From assembly GCA_029838215.1 (NCBI GenBank), contig JALGVI010000015.1:1-45103 (forward strand): a DNA stretch of 45,103 bases, written 5' to 3'. The notes below the pieces were generated by a model. That model had not been told where the DNA came from and made no database searches. It worked only from the letters and a program-made list of their open reading frames with translations. The stretch is from Candidatus Helarchaeota archaeon. GTDB lineage: Archaea > Asgardarchaeota > Lokiarchaeia > Helarchaeales > RDOG01. Every line of letters starts with the position of its first letter. Position 1 is the first letter of the stretch. Below, piece by piece: positions 37,329-45,103 of the stretch. Made by a program: the position numbers and the translations under genes.

Positions 37329-37538
37329 TCATTCAAATCCAATAAATTTTCGGGCTTGTTTTTCCTCTTCTTCTTTTTTCATTTTCTCGGCCATTTCAGG
37401 GTCCACATTTGTAATTCGATCAAATGCTGATTCAGAAGCATTCTCCAATCCCAATTTCTTTAGTCTTTCGCGTTCACGCAGGATCTCTTCTCCTTCCACG
37501 ACTTCCGTTTCTTCTTCAGTTTTTTCTTCGTCACTCAT
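37329..37538 (-). CDS. Small acidic (Glu-rich) hypothetical protein
   Basis: MSDEEK start after an AGGAAG-like RBS; sits within a co-oriented gene run. Confidence 0.65.
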   Translation of the reverse strand: MSDEEKTEEETEVVEGEEILRERERLKKLGLENASESAFDRITNVDPEMAEKMKKEEEEKQARKFIGFE

Positions 37539-37580
37539 ATAATCATCTTCCTTTTCTACTTTCCACAAATAACTATTCTT

Positions 37581-38108
37581 TCAAATTGCCGGAGTAAGAA
37601 ACATCGGAATTGCTCCAGCGGCACCTAGAAAGGCGAAGTTTATGAAAAACGGTATCAACCAGACGAGAGCAAATACGAGCAAGGATGGAACCCAAGACAA
37701 ACTAAATTGCTTTTTCACGAATACTAATTGAATTAATGGAATGAAGAGCGTGATGATCATGAGAGCAAGTCCCAGCTGATCAATAATACCGGGAATTCCT
37801 GGAATAATGAATGTCATTGGTTGAAATATGAAAGGCACGAGAGCACCAAGCATGAAAGATAAGAGAAAAGTATAGAGAAATCCAATGACGAGACCACATG
37901 CCAAGAAGATCATGAATGGTAAGAAAGCAAGATAGATTGAGATTCTTAAGGTATTTCCAACCGTGAATTTTTCGGGAAGATCGTCAGTCGCCATTTCTAG
38001 GCGATCTAACACCCGAAAAACGACAAAGTAGAGCATTATGGCATAAAATACAAAGTCAAACACGAGCATTCCAATCATCATGACTCCAACGAGATATATC
38101 GTAGGCAT
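37581..38108 (-). CDS. Multi-pass membrane protein
   Basis: Four to five hydrophobic segments; GAGGTGA RBS. Confidence 0.8.
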   Translation of the reverse strand: MPTIYLVGVMMIGMLVFDFVFYAIMLYFVVFRVLDRLEMATDDLPEKFTVGNTLRISIYLAFLPFMIFLACGLVIGFLYTFLLSFMLGALVPFIFQPMTFIIPGIPGIIDQLGLALMIITLFIPLIQLVFVKKQFSLSWVPSLLVFALVWLIPFFINFAFLGAAGAIPMFLTPAI

Positions 38109-38231
38109 TGATTCACCTCATCCAGTTAATTATGACAATATAACGGATTCTTTATTAATTTATTTTTGATGGTGTTCATTCGACTTGAACGTCCGCCGTG
38201 ATTAGCGTGAATTGGTTGAGAATCAGGGCAT

Positions 38232-38990
38232 TTAAGGTCGTTTGACTTGATTAATGATCCAATTGAAGATGATCTTGAGAACACGTGAGTCTCGGTGGAG
38301 TTTATGACCACCATTAGGAATGAGCATCAATTCTTTTGGATTATTTGCTGCCTGATGGAGTTTTATTGCATTTTCCTTTGAGATCAATTCGTCTTTCTCC
38401 CCATGCACGATGAGAATTGGTGCTTTTACCTGCTTGACGTGAGTTAGTGGATTAATCTCGACCAGTTGTTTTTTGATTTCTCGTATTTTTAATTTCTGAT
38501 CGGCAAAAGTCATGAGAATTCCGAAGAGGAGCCTATCGAAAAAAGCAGATTCCGGATTCAAATCAGCAGGAGGGGCTGCACAGACGAGAAATTTTGGACG
38601 TGAATCACGTGCTGCGAAGTACGGAGTGATCATGGCACCTGCACTAAAAGAGAGGATTCCCGCGTGGTCAGGATTGAGTCTCGGTTCGTGCTCTTGCACG
38701 TGATTGAAAATGTCTTTCACGTTTTGAACCCATCCGAGCGGAGAATACTTGCCAGATGATCCCTTACATCCTTGAAAATTAAATAAAGCCACGATAAAAC
38801 CGTGATCGCAATAAGGCGTGCAAATTTCCAAATAGCCTTTTTCTTCCACGGAGAGATTCCGACCTTCAGGAGAAGGAATTCCGTGTAGAATAGCGAGGAA
38901 TGAATATTCATCCTGTTCTTTGTCAGGATAACAAACCGTCCCTGAGATTCTTGAATCATTACTTTGAATCGTCTCACGAATTTCTTTCAT
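38232..38990 (-). CDS. Alpha/beta hydrolase (peptidase S9/esterase-like)
   Basis: LHGIP, FNFQGCKGSSG, nucleophile elbow SFSAG, HGEKDELI (Asp), GGHKL (His). Confidence 0.88.
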   Translation of the reverse strand: MKEIRETIQSNDSRISGTVCYPDKEQDEYSFLAILHGIPSPEGRNLSVEEKGYLEICTPYCDHGFIVALFNFQGCKGSSGKYSPLGWVQNVKDIFNHVQEHEPRLNPDHAGILSFSAGAMITPYFAARDSRPKFLVCAAPPADLNPESAFFDRLLFGILMTFADQKLKIREIKKQLVEINPLTHVKQVKAPILIVHGEKDELISKENAIKLHQAANNPKELMLIPNGGHKLHRDSRVLKIIFNWIINQVKRP

Positions 38991-39073
38991 TATACCATCC
39001 GTTATTGATTTCGATTTAAATTAAATTTCGTCCTTCCTTGTGAAACGGGATTTTTTTGAAGTCTTCTTCTCGG

Positions 39074-40489
39074 TTATTCAATCATCACGTCAATTTTCTT
39101 TTTTCTCAATTTCTTTAGGATTTTTTGCTGGACCTTGTCCATTACGAGGGGATTTCCCACGAGCTCAAGTCGAGTCAGTTTCGGGAGATTTGTCAGTGAT
39201 TTTGGGAGTGTTTCTATTTTATTCCCACTGACATGGAGTTCCTGTAAGGCTTTCATCTCGTGAATTTCAGTTGGTAACAATTTCAGGCCAGTATTGTTTA
39301 ATCGCAATTTTTTCAACTTTTTCAGTTGAATGATTCCATTTGGTAGCATCGTGATTTGATTATTGCTCAAATCCAATCCTTCGAGATTTGAAAGCTCCAA
39401 TATCTCGTTCGGAAGTTCATCAAGTTGATTGTTGCTCAGTAATAGGACTTTTAGGGAAGTTAATTTCCCGATCCACGATGATAATGAGCTTAATAGATTG
39501 TTTCTGAGGTCTATTCCCTCCAATTTTGGAAGCATGGCGAAGGTTTCTGGAAGGCGACTTATTTTATTATTATTCAATCGCAGGATTCTAAGTTCCCGCA
39601 GTTTTTCTAATGAGTTCGGGAGTATTCTAATCTGGTTTTCGCTCAAATCAAGGATTTCGAGTGCTTGCAAGCTTCCATCCAAGATAGTAATATCTTCGAG
39701 TCTATTTCCTTTGAGATCCAATGTTTTCAATGAATTCATTCCGTGGATGGTGATTCGTTTAAGACCATCATACTCGAGTTCAAGTTTTTCAAGCGAGTTT
39801 AATTTCAATATCGAAGAAGGCAAGTCCTGTAAAAACTTATTATTTATTTTTAGTGCATGAACCACTTTTTTTGCTGAGAAAAAAACTACGGGCATTTCAT
39901 TTTCCTGATATGCATTCCATCCGTTTTCCTTTTCTGAAAATATGTTGATGGTTATTGTTCTTTGGTTCATTTCATCATAAAACTCTTTGAAAGCATTCCT
40001 TTCTTTTTCCGTCAAATTTAGCAATTGTTCCTTGAATTTCAGGTCTCGCAAGATCTTTCTGGATAAGATCATCTCTTCCGTGATTTCGTCGCTATTAATG
40101 AGCGATTCCAAGAGTTCCATCGCCTTTTCGCCACCGATCTCACCAAGAGATTTGATTGCAATTTCGCAAATGGACGAATATTGGCTGTTTAGATATTTTC
40201 CGATTTTTTTAACATTATTGGATGTAATGAATTTTTCCAATTCCAGTTTTTCTTTTATTTCCATCAGGAGGTCATCAATTATTTCTTGTAAGTCGATTAG
40301 TCCATCTTGTTTTACCAATTTTTTTAGCTGTTTTGGGGTTTTTTTATCAGCCATCAAGACGATTGCTCTTCGTGCTTTTCTTTGCTTTATTCTATTTTCG
40401 TGCTTGAGATAATTCAACAATCCATAAAGATCGCCGTTATTGGTCAGATCACTCATTTTTTCTTCGTCTAAATCAAATTCTATGTTCAT
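39074..40489 (-). CDS. HEAT-repeat + leucine-rich repeat protein
   Basis: AIKSLGEIGGEKAMELL HEAT-like motif; about ten LxxLxLxxNxLxxLP repeats. Confidence 0.9.
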   Translation of the reverse strand: MNIEFDLDEEKMSDLTNNGDLYGLLNYLKHENRIKQRKARRAIVLMADKKTPKQLKKLVKQDGLIDLQEIIDDLLMEIKEKLELEKFITSNNVKKIGKYLNSQYSSICEIAIKSLGEIGGEKAMELLESLINSDEITEEMILSRKILRDLKFKEQLLNLTEKERNAFKEFYDEMNQRTITINIFSEKENGWNAYQENEMPVVFFSAKKVVHALKINNKFLQDLPSSILKLNSLEKLELEYDGLKRITIHGMNSLKTLDLKGNRLEDITILDGSLQALEILDLSENQIRILPNSLEKLRELRILRLNNNKISRLPETFAMLPKLEGIDLRNNLLSSLSSWIGKLTSLKVLLLSNNQLDELPNEILELSNLEGLDLSNNQITMLPNGIIQLKKLKKLRLNNTGLKLLPTEIHEMKALQELHVSGNKIETLPKSLTNLPKLTRLELVGNPLVMDKVQQKILKKLRKKKIDVMIE

Positions 40490-40689
40490 CTGAAACAAAA
40501 CCTCGTACTTGAGATATTTTGAGAAGATTTATCATCGTACAAATTTTTCTTTGATTTAATCTCAAAATTGGATTTTATTCTTTTTCCAAGATGGTTGTCT
40601 TGACTGGTTGAGTATCTCTCTAGATTTCTTGCCATGAAATTTGTGAAAAAAGCTCGAAATTTCTTTTCTTGCTTGGGGAATACTTTCAC
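40486..40689 (-). CDS. Possible small ORF coupled by an ATGA overlap to the LRR gene
   Basis: GAGGT upstream of GTG; stop overlaps the LRR ATG; the translation resembles no family I know. Confidence 0.25.
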   Translation of the reverse strand: MKVFPKQEKKFRAFFTNFMARNLERYSTSQDNHLGKRIKSNFEIKSKKNLYDDKSSQNISSTRFCFR

Positions 40690-40811
40690 TGACCTCTCTC
40701 TATCTCCCCTCGGTTTAATGGCAGTTTAATTTAGTAGAACCTATTTAATGGAGAATCTAAGCGAGTAATTCAGATGAATTTAACTTAAAAATTAAAAAAA
40801 ATGATAGGTGA

Positions 40812-41570
40812 TTGGAAGTGAAAGGCGCAAAGAATGAGAACCGTGGTCAAGTGCAGGACATTTCGAGCGTGAAGGATAAATTCATTGTTAAATCCTATTT
40901 TCGTCATGATGGAAAGTATGTAAGGCAGCAATTTAGGGATGGAGAGGATTTAGTTTTTGCAGGCTTTCGTGATGATTCCATTTGTTTTTTGGAAATTGAT
41001 TTTAATTTCCCAGGTCTTGATGCCTTGGAGATTATTGAGTTTGAATCGATAAACGTGATGATGTCTGCATCAGTTTATCGAAGCAAGGATCCCCTGTTAT
41101 GGCAAACATATCAAGAGATGATGGCTTATCATTGGGATAAATTTTCAAACATATGCCAAAAACATCTTGCAATATTATCCGATGATCCTGCTTGCATTTA
41201 TAATGACAAGGCTACGTGGTTGCTTGAAATCATCGTGCAACCGGATTTGACGTTTTCTCGGCTTCGTGATCTCGTTAAAGAAATCGTTGATTTTTTTTCG
41301 GATTTAATTCGGAGGATCCAGTTGGAAATTGAGTTTGAAGAAGGTAATATTGATTTTTTAAACGTGGAGGAAGAGCTTCGTGAATATTCTAGATGTACTG
41401 CAAATGTTCAAAAGAAAGATTTTGTTGTACGACTTCCTGTCACTGTTTATGAACGGCTGAGTTCTTTTCCCGACATAAATTGGTCCGAACTTGTCAGCAT
41501 GGAGGTCGAAAAGATCCTTGCTAGTCTTGAATTGGAAAAACTGATTGATGAATTTGACGTAAAATCTTAA
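40812..41570 (+). CDS. Hypothetical protein with C-terminal ribbon-helix-helix antitoxin-like segment
   Basis: C-terminal FVVRLPVTVYERLSSFPDINWSELV resembles archaeal INWSE-type RHH antitoxins; N-terminal domain not recognised. Confidence 0.55.
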   Translation: MEVKGAKNENRGQVQDISSVKDKFIVKSYFRHDGKYVRQQFRDGEDLVFAGFRDDSICFLEIDFNFPGLDALEIIEFESINVMMSASVYRSKDPLLWQTYQEMMAYHWDKFSNICQKHLAILSDDPACIYNDKATWLLEIIVQPDLTFSRLRDLVKEIVDFFSDLIRRIQLEIEFEEGNIDFLNVEEELREYSRCTANVQKKDFVVRLPVTVYERLSSFPDINWSELVSMEVEKILASLELEKLIDEFDVKS

Positions 41571-41887
41571 AAATTCCCTTTTTTGAGAGATGGTTATAAA
41601 AGATCAGGAAATTTTTTTATTTTGAAGCAATTTCCATTTTATAATATTTATTCAGTGGAAGTAATGGGATATTTTTGAGAAATTATATTTAAACGTGATT
41701 GAGATCCTTTTTCTTTTTTTGGAATAAACCAGTCATGGAAGTTCTGATGATTCACCATTTATTAAACGAACTGTTTGAATAAAAATTTGATAAAATTTTA
41801 ATAGCATTCAATCTTTACTTAGAATAGATTATTCATCAGAAGCAATCGTACGATAAATTTAAGTTTAGGACAGGTGGAAGTGGACTC

Positions 41888-42481
41888 ATGCCTTCAAGAA
41901 CCGTTTCTGGAGAACTTTACTTTAAAATTGTATATTACGGACCGGAATTGGCGGGAAAGACCACGTCAATTAAATGGATACATGAAAAGGAAGAGGGAAT
42001 TCGAACAGGAAATCTCACGTCAGTAAAAGGTGGCAAGGATGCAGGATTTTTTGACCGGATGAGCGCACAAATTGGCAAGTTGAAATTTCAGGTCTGGTCT
42101 GTGGCAGGTCGGAGTAAGGGTCTTCAATCACTACGTAAGGTAATTCTTGAGGGTTGTGATGGCTTGATTTTTGTTTGGGATGTCCATAAAGATACGTGGA
42201 AGGAGAATTTGGCTTCTATTAATGAATTGATATCAATTTTAAAAGGTAAATTAATCGAGATGCCAATTATCGTCATGGTTAACAAGATGGATTTGGCCGA
42301 TCAAGATATTGTTGATAGGAAGTCCATTGAAAAGATCTTTAAAAAAGCAAAACTCAATCACGCGCAATTCGTTGAAACCGTGGCGATTTCAGGAGAAAAC
42401 GTGAAACAAGCATTTACAGCTTGTGCCAAGGCCATCCTAACGGCATATTCAGAACAAAAACAAAAACCAAATAAGAATTAG
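41888..42481 (+). CDS. MglA-family small GTPase with altered switch motifs
   Basis: KIVYYGPELAGKTT, G.L.S, FFD, RKVILEGCDG.IFV.D, NKMD, AISGENV. Confidence 0.85.
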   Translation: MPSRTVSGELYFKIVYYGPELAGKTTSIKWIHEKEEGIRTGNLTSVKGGKDAGFFDRMSAQIGKLKFQVWSVAGRSKGLQSLRKVILEGCDGLIFVWDVHKDTWKENLASINELISILKGKLIEMPIIVMVNKMDLADQDIVDRKSIEKIFKKAKLNHAQFVETVAISGENVKQAFTACAKAILTAYSEQKQKPNKN

Positions 42482-42540
42482 ATGGTTCTAAATTATTTTT
42501 TCGGGTATATTTCACGAACGGGTGCAGGAGATCGCGTTAC

Positions 42541-43872
42541 ATGATTTCAAATCCAGATGTTATAATTTGTGGGGCTGGTATTGCAGGATTATTAACGGGA
42601 GCGGTACTTTCACATAAAGGATTAAAGACTTTAGTGCTTGAGAAGACGAATCGGGTTGGCGGACGCTCCAATTCTATTGAATTTAAAGAAGGTTACGTGG
42701 TGGATAATGGACTTCACGTCATCAGATATGTCAAGAAAAGTCCCACGTGGAAGATCTTCAAGAAATACTTGGGGATTAAACTTGACTTGATAAACCTCGG
42801 GGATACCAAGTATTTTGCAAATGGTAAATGGCATGATTATCCGCTCTCAGTTCGTGCTTTAGGCACTACCACATTATTCAATCAAGATGAAAAAACGGTT
42901 TTTGGAAAGATACTCGTGGAGGATATTTTAAAAGCTAAGATAGAACCGTTTTTAGAAAAAGACGTGGCAAGTTGGATTAATGAAGTTGAGAATAAACATG
43001 ATTTTCATTCAAAAAACGCGCGTTTTTTTCTCGAAACGCTTGCGAAGTTCATGCTTGTTTCTCCAGGAATGTTAGATCTTTTATCAGTCGGAGAGTTCAT
43101 TGAGGGAATTCAGACAGGAGCCAAAGCTTCTGCAGGCGCAGCTTATCCGAGAGGTGGATGGAAGCCGTTGATCGAGCAACTGTGCGATATAATTAAAAAA
43201 AATGGGTCAATAGAACTAAATTCAAAGGTTGAGAAAGTCATTATCGAGGCAGGAAAGGTTCAAGGAGTAATGAGTGAAGGAAATAAAATTCAAGCTGATA
43301 CCGTTATTGTTAACATGCCTTGCACGCAAATTTTTTCGGTTCTCGATGAAAAATTATTTGATCCAGCATTTATCCAAAAATGCAAGTCGATCAGACCATC
43401 TGCAGGAATTTTCATGGATTTTGGATTGAGGGGGAAGATTTCTGAAAATAATGGTAGTAATATTTCGGCTGAACCGTTTACCATGTCCATTTTCACGTCA
43501 AATATCGACCCGAGTGTTGCACCAGAAGGTGAACAGCTTTATACGATCTTACAACCCACGACTCCCGAGATACTTCAAGACAAGGAGAAACGTGATGAAA
43601 TCATTAATGGGATGAATAATTTAATAGAAAAAATGTTTCCGGGTTTTTCAGATCTCGTTTTATGGAAGCGCGTTTCTGTTGGTCACGTCGTGGATGGAGC
43701 CATCCCATTGATATCGCAACACCAAAAAATTCGACCGAGCGTGAAGGGTCCATTTCAGGGACTTTATTTCACGGGAGATACTTATAATGGTCCAGGAACG
43801 GGCGGTGAAATTGCCCATAGTTCTGCGTTATTATGCATTCAACAGGTTTTAAATGATTTAAATATAGAATGA
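42541..43872 (+). CDS. FAD-dependent oxidoreductase, phytoene desaturase/amine oxidase-like
   Basis: GAGIAG, LEK..RVGGR, DNGLH, YPRGG...L, LYFTGD. Confidence 0.85.
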   Translation: MISNPDVIICGAGIAGLLTGAVLSHKGLKTLVLEKTNRVGGRSNSIEFKEGYVVDNGLHVIRYVKKSPTWKIFKKYLGIKLDLINLGDTKYFANGKWHDYPLSVRALGTTTLFNQDEKTVFGKILVEDILKAKIEPFLEKDVASWINEVENKHDFHSKNARFFLETLAKFMLVSPGMLDLLSVGEFIEGIQTGAKASAGAAYPRGGWKPLIEQLCDIIKKNGSIELNSKVEKVIIEAGKVQGVMSEGNKIQADTVIVNMPCTQIFSVLDEKLFDPAFIQKCKSIRPSAGIFMDFGLRGKISENNGSNISAEPFTMSIFTSNIDPSVAPEGEQLYTILQPTTPEILQDKEKRDEIINGMNNLIEKMFPGFSDLVLWKRVSVGHVVDGAIPLISQHQKIRPSVKGPFQGLYFTGDTYNGPGTGGEIAHSSALLCIQQVLNDLNIE

Positions 43873-43908
43873 GATATGAAATATCGCCAGACAACTCAGA
43901 ATTCGTAT

Positions 43909-45062
43909 TTAAATGCTATATGAAAAAGTTAATGGAATTTCGATGATGAAGTTCATGTATTCATAGTAGCTGAGAGTTGCATATGCTCGTTTTTGTAAAT
44001 CCGATGGGAGTCCAGTTTGGTAATGACTAACACGACTCAGACCAGGATCACTATAGATATCTTGCAGTAGAATTCCCTGACATTGAGCTACCACGTTATC
44101 TTCATTTGCTAATAGATTGACATCGGTATAGTTTCCTGAAGAGACTACGGTGATTCGAAACTCAAGTTCGGCGATTTGGTTCACTTCTAAGTCAGTCACC
44201 GTTTTGTAGAAGGTCATTGAGTCTTTTTCCAACCAGACTGAACCCTGTATTGGGACGGGATTAGAAAATGACATGTTTTCATGAGTTAAATTACTAAATA
44301 CAAGGTTGAATCGCAGTGAATCTATTTTATTATCTGCAAGGACACTTAAATCGGACCCGACCTTGAATTTGACTTTTACTAACACTTCTTCAGAAGATTG
44401 AGTGAGATTACGCGCGCCCGATCCAGGAGTAACTTCAATGTCATTTGAAAGGAATTTTTCCAGATTGCTATATTGTCCATCAAAACCAGTGATTGGTGCT
44501 CCTGTTAGCTCATATTCCCATTCAAGAGTACTGGAATATTCGAATTGTTCAGATCGTCGTTTTGCGATTTCCCATATTACATCTTGAACCAGCACTTCAT
44601 ATCCGATGGAATTCGAACCAAGTCGATCTCAGCTCCGAGAAAATCCGTGGTTGAGCTTGGTGTTGAGACGGTGGCTCCACTCGGGAATTTATCCGTGAGA
44701 GAAATCTGTAAGTGCGTCCCTCTAGCTGCAATGCTTATACTTGACACGATCTTATTAACTTTCAGGCGTTGTCCAGCATCATTCATGTCGTAAGTCAAAT
44801 GTAAGTTGTCACCTTCGACAATCATCGTTCCAGGATTTGAGTTTGCGAGAAAATATGTCACGGTCATGGGAACAATGACTGCAGCCGCTACAATGATTAA
44901 AATGATGACAATTATTGCCGTAGATATGTTTCTTATTTGGTATCTTGATTTTTTATACCAAGATGCTTTTTTCTTTGGTGCTTCTTTAAGCGTGGCTTCT
45001 TCTTTCTTACTTTTCGTGATTTTCTTGCGAGTTATTGGCTTTCGATGTTTTGATTTTGTCAT
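43909..45062 (-). pseudogene. Membrane-anchored beta-rich protein apparently split by a one-base frameshift (ORFs 44577..45062 and 43909..44595)
   Basis: The ORF1 tail (LVRIPSDMKCWFKM*) overlaps an open -1 frame reading DRLGSNSIGYEVLVQDV that continues into ORF2; ORF2 has no clear RBS. Confidence 0.5.
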
Positions 45063-45103
45063 TTTCGTGCCTCACGAGCACCACGTAAATAAATAGGAAT
45101 AGC

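Noticed and set aside
37581-38108. Yip1/YIF-like identity for the membrane protein next to trafficking-type genes
   Set aside because: Only the hydrophobicity pattern fits; I could not identify Yip1 signature residues.
41730-41775. CTGATGA...CGAA resembling a hammerhead ribozyme core or a C/D box
   Set aside because: No pairing for stem II, GAAC instead of GAAA, no purine before TGATGA and no well-placed CTGA D box.
44700-44840. Weak FKBP-like look of IVEGDNLHLTY after the TM helix
   Set aside because: The other FKBP residues are not recognisable; too little evidence without a profile search.

Overview
Window from an AT-rich archaeal chromosome. The gene content (Rab-like and MglA-like GTPases, roadblock, longin, PCI, RING, UEV/RWD and LRR proteins next to an archaeal rps13-rps4-rps11-rpoD-rpl18e-rpl13-rps9-rpoN operon) points to Asgardarchaeota, plausibly Lokiarchaeia/Helarchaeales (inference). 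Housekeeping and metabolic genes include cofG/cofH, two tandem mer, pheT, pheA, mvk, pncA, archease-rtcB, SSB and tRNA-Ser(UGA). Lipid-handling genes are three MaoC-type dehydratases and two SCP2 proteins. No transposase, integrase or CRISPR array was seen. The main leads are: (1) a roadblock - small helical protein - triple UEV/RWD + C4HC3 RING operon whose last gene has a FANCL-like domain order; (2) a V4R (Bet3/TRAPP-related fold) - Rab-like - roadblock/Rab fusion operon; (3) a putative cobalamin-uptake operon (ECF S component, DUF4430 protein and a three-repeat surface glycoprotein missed by the ORF track) behind a tandem operator; (4) MaoC paralogues sharing an unknown inserted domain; (5) two longin paralogues sharing an unknown C-terminal domain; (6) a PCI-RING fusion, a PH/GRAM-like zinc-ribbon protein and a catalytically altered MglA. 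All family calls come from motif recognition by eye, not from database searches.
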